A DNA stretch of 56,594 nt from an uncultured Bacteroidales bacterium (GCA_902783615.1 CACZRQ010000129.1:1-56594); one strand, 5' to 3'; numbered from the stretch's first letter, positions 28,135 through 38,417 are shown. Made by a program: numbers and translations. Notes: generated by a model not told the origin, from the letters alone.

Positions 28135-29457
28135 CTATTCGTTTTCAGTTTTTTTCTCTTTATCCTCTTTGTTCTTCCTTTCTGGTTGTCCCTGCTTGGT
28201 CTGTTGACCTTGCTTAGGTTGTTGCCCCTGTTTGGGTTGATGATTCTGCTTGGTTTGCTCCTGCTTACCTTGAGTGTTTTGTTTCGGCTGTTCCTGTTTA
28301 GCCTGAGGCTGACTTTCTGTTGTTCCTGCCTGAGTCTTCACACTGCCTTGGGGCTTGTTACCTGCTTTTTTCTTCTTCTTTTTCTTCTTTTTAGCACTGT
28401 CGAAGCGTGTGAGGCTCTCCTGTTCTACCAAGTCGATTGTCTTGGTGGATCCAGGCTTGTTTCCATCTTCCAACAAACTGTCGGGCTTTACGCCTCGTTT
28501 GTTCATGCCAATAATCTCGAAAGCTCGTTTCCCACTGATGGTCACTGCATTGGTCAGATTTTGCTTATCGGTAGAGTAGGTGATTTGATTTGTCAAGATA
28601 TCAGCCTTGAAGTAGAACCATTCGCCGTCCATAGTCAGCAGGGTAATTTCTTTTGAAGGCAAACGTTTCTGACTTTCCACATAGCAGTCAATTTCATAGT
28701 TCAGACAGCATTTCAGCTTGGCACATTGTCCAGCCAGTTTCTGAGGATTCAATGAAATATCCTGTATGCGAGCAGCACCTGTAGAGACACTTACGAATGA
28801 AGTCATCCAGGTAGCACAACAAAGTTCCCTGCCACAGGGACCGATGCCTCCAATACGTCCTGCTTCCTGGCGGGCACCAATTTGCTTCATCTCGATGCGC
28901 ACATGAAAAACTTCTGCCAATACCTTGATCAGTTGACGGAAATCCACTCGCTCATCGGCAATGTAATAGAAGATGGCCTTATTGCCATCGCCTTGATACT
29001 CAACATCACCTATCTTCATTTGCAAGTGCAGGTCGAGGGCTATTTGCCGAGCCTCAATCATTGTTCTATGTTCGCGAGCTTTCGCCTCGTAGTACTTGTC
29101 TATATCCGTTTGGCGAGCTTTGCGATACACTCGCTTGATTTCGGCTTCCGAGCGGATGTTTGTTTTCTTCATCTGCAGGGGCACCAGTCGTCCTGTCAGC
29201 GTCACCACACCGATATCGTGACCAGGTGATGCCTCAACAGCCACGATGTCGCCTTTCTGCAACTGCAAGCCGTTGGAATTACGGTAATAGCCCTTACGAG
29301 TATTCTTGAATTGTACCTCTACATATTGGCTTTCCAGATCATTGCCAGGAATGTCGGCCAACCAATCGTAGGTGTTCAATTGGTGGTCTTGTCGGCCAAT
29401 ACCTTTGATGCACAACCCCTTACATATTCTATTTGTATTATATATCAATTCTTCCAT
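28135..29457 (-). CDS. ricT: PSP1/RicT (YaaT-like) Fe-S regulatory protein with a Lys/Gln-rich tail
   Basis: FYYIADERVDFRQL, GGIGPCGRELCC and GQCAKLKCCLNYE motifs. Confidence 0.9.
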   Translation of the reverse strand: MEELIYNTNRICKGLCIKGIGRQDHQLNTYDWLADIPGNDLESQYVEVQFKNTRKGYYRNSNGLQLQKGDIVAVEASPGHDIGVVTLTGRLVPLQMKKTNIRSEAEIKRVYRKARQTDIDKYYEAKAREHRTMIEARQIALDLHLQMKIGDVEYQGDGNKAIFYYIADERVDFRQLIKVLAEVFHVRIEMKQIGARQEAGRIGGIGPCGRELCCATWMTSFVSVSTGAARIQDISLNPQKLAGQCAKLKCCLNYEIDCYVESQKRLPSKEITLLTMDGEWFYFKADILTNQITYSTDKQNLTNAVTISGKRAFEIIGMNKRGVKPDSLLEDGNKPGSTKTIDLVEQESLTRFDSAKKKKKKKKKAGNKPQGSVKTQAGTTESQPQAKQEQPKQNTQGKQEQTKQNHQPKQGQQPKQGQQTKQGQPERKNKEDKEKKTENE

Positions 29458-29458
29458 G

Positions 29459-30568
29459 TCAATGGTTCTTTATTAAAACGGTCAATTGTAAAATCAAATC
29501 AAAAAACACCATTTTCGCATTCACATTCTGCTCGATATGCACTTGTGCTTCCTGTAGTTCGTACATGATGCCCATGGCATTATTCTCGCTAACAAAGGGA
29601 GCGAACTTGACGGTGAACTGCAACTCTGGAGCATTCATGTAATTCAGCTCTGGTCTATGCAGATTGCTCGTAAAGCTCTCTCTTATCATGCGTTGGGCAT
29701 ATTGCAGAAAGTCTTTCTGTTTCTCCCTTCCCATAGCAGCCATTTCCTCGCTCCAAGCTTTCATCTCTTTCACCTTCCTACTCCAGGCCAATCTCATCAA
29801 CGAGATGAATAGATTAAACATCTCTTCATTTTCATTGTCAGCCGATAAATCCTCAAGAGCCTTGATATAGTTGCCATTGGCCATGTGTGCAATCACCCGA
29901 CTTTCTTGAATACCAATGCTCATGCGTTGCAGAAGAGCACGACTGATGTCTTCTTCAGTCAAACGGGGCATTTCAATGCGTTGTGTTCTACTCAATATGG
30001 TGTCCAACATCTTCTGAGGTTCCTCGCTTACCAACAGAAAAAGTGTTTGTGCAGGAGGCTCTTCCAATAGTTTCAACAATTTGTTGGCACCAGCTTCTTG
30101 CATCTTTTCGGGTAGCCACATGATGACAATGCGCCATCCTCCTTGCACTGATTTCAGGCTCAGTTTACGCTGGATAATGTCACTCTCGCGAGAATAAATC
30201 ACCGGTTGAGAGTTTTCCACATCCATCTGTTTGAGCCAGTTGTTGTAACTGAAGTATGGGTTTCTGAGCACCATCTCTCGCCAGGCTGTTATCCAGTCGT
30301 CACATGTTTCTTTTTTGCGGGCTTTGTTGGCAACAATGGGAAAGATGAAATGCACATCAGGGTGGATTAGTTGATCCCACTGCAGATTGGCAATCTCTCT
30401 CATTTCACCACTACAGCAAAGATATTTGGCTAAAGCCAGTGCTATCGGCATCTTGCCACAGCCTTCTGGTCCTGTTAGCAACAGGGCATGAGGCAACCGG
30501 CCTGCGTCTGCTTCATGAACAAGACGCTGTTTCACCTCCTCTTGTCCTATAATATCTTCAAACCCCAT
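29459..30568 (-). CDS. holB: DNA polymerase III delta-prime subunit
   Basis: FEDIIGQ, HALLLTGPEGCGK, HPD, NKLLKLLEEP and TILSR motifs; ATG at 30568. Confidence 0.92.
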   Translation of the reverse strand: MGFEDIIGQEEVKQRLVHEADAGRLPHALLLTGPEGCGKMPIALALAKYLCCSGEMREIANLQWDQLIHPDVHFIFPIVANKARKKETCDDWITAWREMVLRNPYFSYNNWLKQMDVENSQPVIYSRESDIIQRKLSLKSVQGGWRIVIMWLPEKMQEAGANKLLKLLEEPPAQTLFLLVSEEPQKMLDTILSRTQRIEMPRLTEEDISRALLQRMSIGIQESRVIAHMANGNYIKALEDLSADNENEEMFNLFISLMRLAWSRKVKEMKAWSEEMAAMGREKQKDFLQYAQRMIRESFTSNLHRPELNYMNAPELQFTVKFAPFVSENNAMGIMYELQEAQVHIEQNVNAKMVFFDLILQLTVLIKNH

Positions 30569-30596
30569 AATCGTCAATCGTCAATTGTCAATCTTC
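30569..30596. repeat. Heptamer array filling the metF-holB junction
   Basis: AATCGTC AATCGTC AATTGTC AATCTTC, read as GATTGAC/AATTGAC on the coding strand. Confidence 0.85.
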
Positions 30597-31548
30597 AATA
30601 AATTCCTCTTGCAATCTCCCTCACGCTATCTGCTGCTCCCAAAGCGTAGAAATGCAAACTGGGTACACCAGCTTTCATCAGTTCCCGGCATTGCTTGATA
30701 CCCCAGGCAATACCTAAACGTTTCACTTCCTCGTCTGTTTGACAACGCAAAGCTTCATTGGTCAGTTCCGTGGGCAAATCCACTTTGAAAGTTTTGGGAA
30801 TCACTGTCAGTTGACTCTTTCTGCTCAAAGGTTTGATGCCTGGGATGATAGGAATGGTTACTCCTGCTTCCTTGGCTCTTTCCACAAAACTGAAATACTT
30901 TTGATTATCATAAAACAGCTGTGTTACTGCATACTGTGCCCCTGCATCCTGTTTCTGCTTCAACCAATAAATGTCGCGCTCCATGTTTGGCGATTCTTCA
31001 TGTTTCTCAGGATAGCAAGCCACACCGAAGCTAAAAGGTGTTTTGGTTACCAACATCTGGCTACCATCCACAAAGATGCCACGATTGAAGTCCGTTATCT
31101 GATGGGCTAAGTCCAAAGCATGTGCATTGCCACCCTTCTCGGGGGTAAATGTCTTCTCGTCTGGGGCTTTGTCGCCTCTTAGAACCAGCAAATCATAGAT
31201 GCCCAGAAATTGAAGGTCGAGCAACTCGTACTCAGTATCTTCACGGGTAAACCCACTGCACAACACATGTGGCACCACTGTGATGTTGTATTTGTTCTTA
31301 ATGGCAGCAGCCACAGCTACTGAGCCTGGGCGACGGCGCAAACGCTGGCGGGTATAAACCCCACCGCCCATATCTTTGAATACATACTCACTGCGATGGT
31401 CAGTTATGTTGATGTAAGCTGGGTCAAACTCCCTCAGCGCATCAATTGCATCGTATAGCTTGTCAATATTATTACCTTTTAGCGGAGGCAACAACTCAAA
31501 AGAGAATGCTGTTCCCTTTCGTCCTTTTATAATATCCAATACACTCAT
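30595..31548 (-). CDS. metF: 5,10-methylenetetrahydrofolate reductase
   Basis: FSFELLPP, LVLRGD, YPEKH, AVTQLFYD and LHFY motifs. Confidence 0.96.
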   Translation of the reverse strand: MSVLDIIKGRKGTAFSFELLPPLKGNNIDKLYDAIDALREFDPAYINITDHRSEYVFKDMGGGVYTRQRLRRRPGSVAVAAAIKNKYNITVVPHVLCSGFTREDTEYELLDLQFLGIYDLLVLRGDKAPDEKTFTPEKGGNAHALDLAHQITDFNRGIFVDGSQMLVTKTPFSFGVACYPEKHEESPNMERDIYWLKQKQDAGAQYAVTQLFYDNQKYFSFVERAKEAGVTIPIIPGIKPLSRKSQLTVIPKTFKVDLPTELTNEALRCQTDEEVKRLGIAWGIKQCRELMKAGVPSLHFYALGAADSVREIARGIY

Positions 31549-31586
31549 CTTCCTTTTGTCCTATCACCCTTACGGGGATTAAAAGT

Positions 31587-33515
31587 TCAACGGTTAATCA
31601 TCTTCAGTTTCAGACACAGCATCGTCAAGTCATCCGACGGCTCAGCCTCTCCAACGAAATTTGCCACAGCCTCTTGAATGCCCAAGATTGTACCCTTTGC
31701 CGTAGTTGAACGATGCTGCATATAATTCAGCAGGCGATCGTCACCAAACTGCTCATGCTGCAGATTCTCTGCTTCATTCAAGCCATCGGTATAAAACAGC
31801 ATCATGCTGTCCTCAATATCTTCCACGGTCTCACCTGTGAATTCCAGCCCGCCAAACAATCCCAATGGGGCATTGGCTTCCATTGGCAAGAACTCACCTT
31901 TATATACAGGAGGATTGTGTCCACAGTTGCAAAAGTCCAATCGGCCTGTCTTCAAATCCAAAGTGCCGATGAACATAGTCACGAACATACCCTGCTCATT
32001 GTTTTCCGAGAGGGTGTCATTGATCTGTCGTGCCACCTCTGCAGGAGGTAATTCCTGTTGAGCCACCACTCGGAACAAGTTTCGTGTCACTGCCATGAAC
32101 AAGCTGGCTGGCACACCCTTGCCACTCACGTCACCTATGCAGAAATACATCTTGTTGTGCTGGATGAAGAAGTCGTACAGATCACCTCCCACCTCCTTGG
32201 CTGGAGTCATTTCTGCAAACAGGTCAATGTCATCGCGTTCAGGGAATGCTGGGAACATTCTGGGCACCATACCCATCTGAATCTCTCGCGCAATGCGTAG
32301 TTCACCTTCGATGCGTTCCTTATTGGCGGTGGTTACTGTCAGTTCGTCGATATATTTCACCAGCGATGCCTGCATGTTGCTGAACGAGTGACTCAACTGA
32401 CCGATCTCATCCTGACGGTCGGTTGGCGGCAGGGTTTCGTCGAACTTACCACTGGCTATCGTTTCTGCCTGTTTAGCCAAATGGCTCAGCGGTTCCAACT
32501 CTTTCTCAAAGATACGACTGAACAGGAACAACATCAGCAACAGACCCACAATCAAGATGCCGGTCACAATATGTTGTAAGCGGTTATAGCTTCCAAAGAT
32601 GTCGCTTTGCGGGCATACAATGGCTGTGCTCCATCCTGTATCTCCCAAAGGTTTATAGAACACATAGCTATCTTTACCGTCCATTTTGAGTTCCATCATG
32701 CCTTCCTCGCCCCTCAACATTGCCTTGCCAAGTGCGGTCAACTCGGGATTAGGCTTTTCCAACGTCTCAGTGAAAATTGTATGGGTAGAAAGCTTTGTGC
32801 TGTCAGGATGAACGAAGAATGTTCCGCCCCTGCCCAGCATGATGCTATATGAGTTTGGATAAGGCTTTACAGCTGAAATAGTCTTGGATAGCCAGCTCAG
32901 TGTAATATCCACCGACATCACTCCTACAAACTTACCCGTTAGCTCATACAGAGGCTTGCAATATGAGGTGATGATTTCCGATGCCACAACATCATTATCT
33001 GGGTTGCTGTCACTGTAAGGCTCTGTCCAGCAGGGCGCTTGCCTTAGCTTAGCCTGCTGATACCAGTCGAAATAGAAATACTGATAATGACTACTTCCTT
33101 CTTGGGTTGTCTGAATCGTATCGTTTTCATTCAATGAAAAAGCCGAGAAATATTGTCCTTTGTTTCTGAAGTAATACGGTTCAAAAGAGATTGAACATCC
33201 ATTTAAGTTTGGGTTGTTAACCAGAATGCGTCTTGAATAGACAAACATCGAGTCAGGAGCATCCAAGTGACGTGCCACCAACCAGTCTGTATTATCGGTA
33301 GCAATCTTTACCTCATCCAGAATCGAGTTCACACGTATGGCTGTCGAGTTCAGCAGTTCAGTGGCATGGCCTATCGCCTCTTTTCTCACCGCATTACGAC
33401 TCTCCGTAAACATATAACCCACGGCAATGATGAAGATCAATGTTGCAAGCAGCACTATCCACAGGCTCAACCTGCGTGCCAGAGACTCCCTTATATAATT
33501 GATTATTTTTTTCAT
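31587..33515 (-). CDS. Membrane sensor PP2C/SpoIIE (RsbU-like) phosphatase with Cache and HAMP domains
   Basis: Two TM helices around a Cache-like domain (WY..A....WTEPY); HAMP (DEIGQLS.SF..M); PAKEVGGDLYD, GDVSGKG, YTDGLNEA and SDDLTML motifs. Confidence 0.92.
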   Translation of the reverse strand: MKKIINYIRESLARRLSLWIVLLATLIFIIAVGYMFTESRNAVRKEAIGHATELLNSTAIRVNSILDEVKIATDNTDWLVARHLDAPDSMFVYSRRILVNNPNLNGCSISFEPYYFRNKGQYFSAFSLNENDTIQTTQEGSSHYQYFYFDWYQQAKLRQAPCWTEPYSDSNPDNDVVASEIITSYCKPLYELTGKFVGVMSVDITLSWLSKTISAVKPYPNSYSIMLGRGGTFFVHPDSTKLSTHTIFTETLEKPNPELTALGKAMLRGEEGMMELKMDGKDSYVFYKPLGDTGWSTAIVCPQSDIFGSYNRLQHIVTGILIVGLLLMLFLFSRIFEKELEPLSHLAKQAETIASGKFDETLPPTDRQDEIGQLSHSFSNMQASLVKYIDELTVTTANKERIEGELRIAREIQMGMVPRMFPAFPERDDIDLFAEMTPAKEVGGDLYDFFIQHNKMYFCIGDVSGKGVPASLFMAVTRNLFRVVAQQELPPAEVARQINDTLSENNEQGMFVTMFIGTLDLKTGRLDFCNCGHNPPVYKGEFLPMEANAPLGLFGGLEFTGETVEDIEDSMMLFYTDGLNEAENLQHEQFGDDRLLNYMQHRSTTAKGTILGIQEAVANFVGEAEPSDDLTMLCLKLKMINR

Positions 33516-34546
33516 GGTATTAACTCCTCATAAGATATTTCATTAGCCAGCAACCCATATTCATACATCAGCTGGTTTGCCTGTTCAACCATTTCTTTTT
33601 TCAACTTAAACTCCTGCTTACCTGTCTGCTGGTCGTATTGCAGGCGTATGATTTCCTTCAGCATCAGTCGTTGCATCGTACGGTTTGTTGGCACGTTTTC
33701 CTTTTCAACATACTTCATCACTATGTCTATGGCTTCCTCCTGATGCTGGGCAGCCCACATCCACCCCCGTTTGCTGGCTGCTGCAAAAGCTGATGCCAAT
33801 ATAGGGTGCTTCAAGTAGTAGTCGCGGGTCACATATACTCCGTCTTCCTGAATGTTATATTCGCCTTCGCTGAAGCGGAGGATATTTTCCTCTGTTATCT
33901 CCACCCCGGCTTGCATAAGTTGGTATAACTCATTATATGTCATCACCACGATGGCATCCAAGTCGCCCGACAGGAAAAGGTTAACATTACTTGCAATGCG
34001 CACCCATTCGAATCCATAGTCCTCTTTGATGTTCATGCAGATGGGCAGCTGGTCGAATCCGGCAGCCCAAATGCCCACACGCTCACCTCGTTGTGTTCGT
34101 AGGTCCACTCCTTCACGACTTACGATAGCCAAGGCGTTGTTCATTGAAGTTTGCAGGATGTTTACCAATGGGATGTTGTTGTCTATAATCTCCATAGCCT
34201 GTAACAATTGCAAGGTCGTTCCCTGGCTTTCGTTATTCTTAATGCGATCCATGGCCGAGTGGGTCACCGAGGGGTGTTCTATTGTCACATTTAATCCCGC
34301 ATCGCGATAGAATCCCAATTCCTGAGCCACATAATATCCCGCGAACTGTGCCTGGGGTGTCCATTGGGGTGTGAACACAAATGCAGATGTATCTGATGAC
34401 TTGACAATTCTTTCAATATCATCACTTGTCACCCCATCAACGCTATCAAATTTACCACCTGAATCGGTGTTTCCGCTATGCTTGCAAGCTGTTATCCCTG
34501 CAACTGCCAGCAGGATAAATGTCCATAATAACATCTTTCGCTTCAT
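33512..34546 (-). CDS. NMT1/THI5 (SsuA-like) substrate-binding lipoprotein
   Basis: Lipobox ITAC; QWTPQAQFAGYYVAQELGFYRDAGLNVTI and F..AS.RGW motifs; overlaps the start of the phosphatase gene. Confidence 0.85.
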   Translation of the reverse strand: MKRKMLLWTFILLAVAGITACKHSGNTDSGGKFDSVDGVTSDDIERIVKSSDTSAFVFTPQWTPQAQFAGYYVAQELGFYRDAGLNVTIEHPSVTHSAMDRIKNNESQGTTLQLLQAMEIIDNNIPLVNILQTSMNNALAIVSREGVDLRTQRGERVGIWAAGFDQLPICMNIKEDYGFEWVRIASNVNLFLSGDLDAIVVMTYNELYQLMQAGVEITEENILRFSEGEYNIQEDGVYVTRDYYLKHPILASAFAAASKRGWMWAAQHQEEAIDIVMKYVEKENVPTNRTMQRLMLKEIIRLQYDQQTGKQEFKLKKEMVEQANQLMYEYGLLANEISYEELIP

Positions 34547-34569
34547 ATTGTGTATAATTTGTGATTATT

Positions 34570-35382
34570 TTAATTGCCATTATGCACAGTGAGCTGTGGG
34601 AATGGGAAGCTGATACCTTCTTGGTTGAAAGTAGCATAAATCCTGCGATTCATGTCGAAATTCACATCCCAGTAGTCTGCAGTCTTCACCCAACAGCGAA
34701 TCACTACATTCACACTGCTGTCAGCCAACTCTTTCAGTGCCACGAAGGGAGCTGGATCCTGCAAAATGCGGGCATCCTCGCTGATCAGCCTCTTGATCAC
34801 CGTCTCCACCTTGTCGAAATCTTCGTTGTATTCCACACCAATAGTCCATTCCACACGACGGATGGAATTCACGCTATAGTTCACCACACTGCCACTGCTC
34901 AATCCTCCATTGGGGATATACACCTCTTTATTATCGGGGGTAGTGATGATGGTGTGGAAAATCTGAATGGCCTTCACCGTGCCGCTCTGACCTTGTGCTT
35001 CGATGAAGTCACCCACCTTAAAAGGTTTCAGCAGCAGGATGATCAGACCGCCAGCCAGATTGTTCAGGTTGCCGCTCATCGCCATGCCGATGGCTACACC
35101 TGCTGATGCCAGCAATGCAGCAAACGAAGTGGTTTCCACCCCCAGCCGTGCAGCCACAGCCACCAGTAACAAGATGGTCAGGGTGATGTTCACCAAGCTA
35201 ATCAGGAACGACTCCACGCTGGCTTCCACTTTCCGTTTCTCCAAAATGTTGCGCGTCAGCTTCATCACAAACTTAATCACGAAGCGACCCACAATATAGA
35301 TAATGATAGCACCCAGGATATTCCATCCTGCGTTCACACACCATGTTATGACACTCGTCAATGCAGTTTCAATTTGGTTCAT
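34570..35382 (-). CDS. mscS: Small-conductance mechanosensitive channel
   Basis: AALLASAGVAIGMA, LKPFKVGD, IPNG and FPFPQ motifs; likely start MNQIETA at 35382. Confidence 0.93.
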   Translation of the reverse strand: MNQIETALTSVITWCVNAGWNILGAIIIYIVGRFVIKFVMKLTRNILEKRKVEASVESFLISLVNITLTILLLVAVAARLGVETTSFAALLASAGVAIGMAMSGNLNNLAGGLIILLLKPFKVGDFIEAQGQSGTVKAIQIFHTIITTPDNKEVYIPNGGLSSGSVVNYSVNSIRRVEWTIGVEYNEDFDKVETVIKRLISEDARILQDPAPFVALKELADSSVNVVIRCWVKTADYWDVNFDMNRRIYATFNQEGISFPFPQLTVHNGN

Positions 35383-35406
35383 TTGTTTTTTTTCTATTAT
35401 TTTTGC

Positions 35407-35449
35407 TGCAAAGATAATAAAAAAAACAAAAAAAAACATTATCTTTGCA
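35407..35449. promoter_or_regulatory. Back-to-back divergent -7 boxes forming a 12-bp inverted repeat
   Basis: TGCAAAGATAAT-(A8 C A9 C)-ATTATCTTTGCA; TATCTTTG on each strand. Confidence 0.65.
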
Positions 35450-35454
35450 ACGAT

Positions 35455-35535
35455 TTCGTATAGGGGTGCCTAAAAAATGACGGGCTGAGATCATACCCAT
35501 TGACCTGATGCGGGTAATGCCGACGTAGGGAACAG
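35455..35535 (+). ncRNA. TPP (THI-box) riboswitch
   Basis: GGGGTGC...GCTGAGA..ATACCC...GACCTGAT.CGGGTAATGCCG.CGTAGGGA consensus, upstream of thiamine uptake genes. Confidence 0.95.
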
Positions 35536-35603
35536 ACCAACCGCTGTGGCGGATTACACAATGGATCATCCCCTTTTTATGTTGAATTAAAAAGGAAAGA
35601 AAG

Positions 35604-37826
35604 ATGAAAAGGAACAATCTGATTGTATTAAGTCTGATGTTGTGGGCTGCTATGCATGCTTCAGCACAGAAGCAAGTAACCGACTCGTTGCGAGAGGTTA
35701 GTTTGGAAGGAGTAGAGGTACTTGCTACTCGTGCCAGCAAGACCACACCTGTGGCTTTCACCAACATCACTCGCGAACAACTGAAACAAACTAACTTGGG
35801 CCAAGACCTGCCATACCTGATTTCCATGACACCAGGTGCCATCACCACCAGCGATGCAGGAGCCGGCATTGGATATACCACTATCCGAGTGAGAGGCACT
35901 GATGCGACTCGCATCAATGTCACTGCCAATGGAATCCCCATGAACGATGCCGAGAGTCATGGAACGTTTTGGGTGAACATGCCTGATTTGGCGTCCAGCG
36001 TGAAGGACATCCAAGTACAGCGTGGAGTGGGTACAAGTACCAATGGCGCAGGTGCTTTCGGTGCCAGCATCAATATGCAGACTGGAGGACTTTCCACCAT
36101 GCCTTACGCCGAGGTGAACGCTTCTGCCGGCTCGTTTGGCACACACAAGGAAACATTGAATGTGGGCACGGGCTTAATCAACAACCATTGGGCTTTCGAT
36201 GCGCGTCTCAGCAACATCTCTACCGATGGCTTCATCGACCGTGCCAGTGTACGGCTTAACTCCTACTACCTGCAAGGGGCATGGTATGCCGACAATACCA
36301 ATATCAAATTCATCACTTTCGGAGGCAAGGAACGTACCTATCATGCTTGGAACTATGCATCGAAGGAGGAGATGAGGGTGCATGGCAGAACTTACAACTC
36401 TTGTGGTGAATATATTGATGAACAGGGGAACATACAATATTACAAAGACCAGACCGACAACTATTCGCAGACGCACTATCAGTTGTTGCTGAACCATAGC
36501 TTCTCCAATGCATTGAAACTGAATGTGGGCTTGCATTATACCAAGGGCGATGGCTACTACCAAGAGTATAAGATGAATCGCAAACTGGTAGAATACGGGA
36601 TGAAGCCTTTCGAATATAATGGCGAAACTATCAAGAAGAGCGACCTGGTGCGCAAGAAAATCCTCGACAACTGGTTCTTAGGCGGAGTGTTCTCCCTGAA
36701 CTACCAGCAGAGCGGTTGGAACGCTTCCTTGGGTGGAGGCATCAATCGCTATGATGGCGACCATTACGGACGTGTGCTCTGGGTGAAGCAATCAGGTGGT
36801 GATGCCAACCCAGACCGCAATTATTATTTCAACAATGCCGTGAAGAACGAAGGCAATATCTATGGTAAGGCCAGCTATACCTTTCTAAATGGCCTTACGG
36901 CATACGCTGACTTGCAATATCGTAACATCGACTATAAGATTAAGGGTGAGCACGATAAGATGGATGGCGATCATCATCAGATTTTTGATGTGCACGATCG
37001 TTTTAGCTTCTTCAACCCTAAGGGTGGCTTGTCCTGGCAACTCAATTCTCACCATCGCATTTATGCCTCTGTGGGTGTGGCGCACAAGGAGCCTACCCGC
37101 AACAACTATACCGATGGAAACAGTTACGATCCACCTACGGCTGAGCGATTGACCGACTATGAGTTGGGCTACAGCTATACAGGCTCTTGGTTCAATGGCG
37201 GCATCAACTTGTATTATATGGATTACAAAGACCAGTTGGTGCTTACTGGCGAACTGAACGATGTGGGTGAGGCTATGGCGGTGAATATGCCAGACAGTTA
37301 CCGCATGGGTGTGGAACTGATGGCTGGCATCCGCTTGCCGATGGGTTTCCAGTGGGAGGCCAATGCCACCTTCAGCAAGAACCGCATTCAGAACTTCGTG
37401 GAGACGCTTTACGATGATGATACCTACGAGGCTTGGCGCATCGATCATGGCGATACCCACATTGCCTTCTCTCCCAGTGTGATAGTGAACAATCGACTCG
37501 CCTACAGCTATAAAGGATTCAATGCTGCCTTGCAGACGCAGTATGTGAGCCGTCAGTTCATGAGCAATGCCGATGTTACGGAAACCCTGCTCGATGCCTA
37601 CTTCGTCAGCAATCTCAGCTTGGACTATACCTTCCAGATGCGTGCCGTAAAAAACATCACCATTGGCTGCACCATCTATAATATCTTCAACGAAGAGTAT
37701 GAAAACAACGGTTATGCTGGCAGCGGATATTATACAGATAATGGCAAGAAGGTCAGGTATAATTATGCAGGCTATGCGGCTCAAGCTGGCATCAATGCCT
37801 TGGCACATGTTACATTAAGATTCTAA
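35604..37826 (+). CDS. TonB-dependent thiamine receptor (OMthi-type)
   Basis: Signal peptide; plug motifs IRVRG and IQVQRGVGTSTNGAGAFGASIN; terminal Phe; under the TPP riboswitch. Confidence 0.9.
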   Translation: MKRNNLIVLSLMLWAAMHASAQKQVTDSLREVSLEGVEVLATRASKTTPVAFTNITREQLKQTNLGQDLPYLISMTPGAITTSDAGAGIGYTTIRVRGTDATRINVTANGIPMNDAESHGTFWVNMPDLASSVKDIQVQRGVGTSTNGAGAFGASINMQTGGLSTMPYAEVNASAGSFGTHKETLNVGTGLINNHWAFDARLSNISTDGFIDRASVRLNSYYLQGAWYADNTNIKFITFGGKERTYHAWNYASKEEMRVHGRTYNSCGEYIDEQGNIQYYKDQTDNYSQTHYQLLLNHSFSNALKLNVGLHYTKGDGYYQEYKMNRKLVEYGMKPFEYNGETIKKSDLVRKKILDNWFLGGVFSLNYQQSGWNASLGGGINRYDGDHYGRVLWVKQSGGDANPDRNYYFNNAVKNEGNIYGKASYTFLNGLTAYADLQYRNIDYKIKGEHDKMDGDHHQIFDVHDRFSFFNPKGGLSWQLNSHHRIYASVGVAHKEPTRNNYTDGNSYDPPTAERLTDYELGYSYTGSWFNGGINLYYMDYKDQLVLTGELNDVGEAMAVNMPDSYRMGVELMAGIRLPMGFQWEANATFSKNRIQNFVETLYDDDTYEAWRIDHGDTHIAFSPSVIVNNRLAYSYKGFNAALQTQYVSRQFMSNADVTETLLDAYFVSNLSLDYTFQMRAVKNITIGCTIYNIFNEEYENNGYAGSGYYTDNGKKVRYNYAGYAAQAGINALAHVTLRF

Positions 37827-37838
37827 TTATCAATCGTC
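37825..37838. repeat. Short heptamer array (2 units) at the receptor-pnuC junction
   Basis: AATTATC AATCGTC immediately before ATG 37839. Confidence 0.45.
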
Positions 37839-38417
37839 ATGAACATCGACTTTCTCGACATATTTACCACCATTCTCGGCCTAATCTATATCTGGCTGGA
37901 GTATAAGGCCCACATAGGCCTGTGGGTCGTAGGCATCATCATGCCTGCTCTCGATGTGTATCTTTACTACAACCACGGACTGTATGGCGATGCGGGTATG
38001 GCGGTGTATTATACCTTGGCTGCCCTTTATGGTTATATAGCTTGGAAGCTGGGTAACAAAAAGAGCAAGGCACCTCTCTGTATCAGTCATACTCCCAAGC
38101 GTTTGTATTTACCCATCTTGGTGTTCTTCTTTGTGGCATGGGGCTTGACCTATTATGTACTGGTTACATGGACCAACTCCACAGTGCCTGTGCTCGATGC
38201 TTTCACCAATGCCCTTTCCTTCGTTGGCCTTTGGGCGTTGTCGCGCAAGTACATCGAGCAATGGTTCTTCTGGATTATTGTCGATGCTGTCAGCTCTGCC
38301 CTCTATTTGCAGAAAGGCATCCCTTTCAAGGCAGCTCTCTATGCTCTTTATGTGGTGATAGCTTGCTTTGGTTATTTCAAATGGAAAAAAATGATGAAAG
38401 ATGAAAAAGTGGAATAA
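37839..38417 (+). CDS. pnuC: PnuC-family thiamine transporter (PnuT)
   Basis: Hydrophobic; DAFTNALS, KYIEQW.FW and GYFKW motifs; between the receptor and the pyrophosphokinase. Confidence 0.9.
   Translation: MNIDFLDIFTTILGLIYIWLEYKAHIGLWVVGIIMPALDVYLYYNHGLYGDAGMAVYYTLAALYGYIAWKLGNKKSKAPLCISHTPKRLYLPILVFFFVAWGLTYYVLVTWTNSTVPVLDAFTNALSFVGLWALSRKYIEQWFFWIIVDAVSSALYLQKGIPFKAALYALYVVIACFGYFKWKKMMKDEKVE

Noticed and set aside
28150-28400. Poly-Lys and QPKQGQ repeats in the PSP1/RicT tail
   Set aside because: A low-complexity disordered C-terminus is usual for this protein in Bacteroidales
35407-35449. Invertible (phase-variable) promoter
   Set aside because: The inverted repeats are the -7 boxes themselves, only 19 nt apart, and no recombinase is in the window
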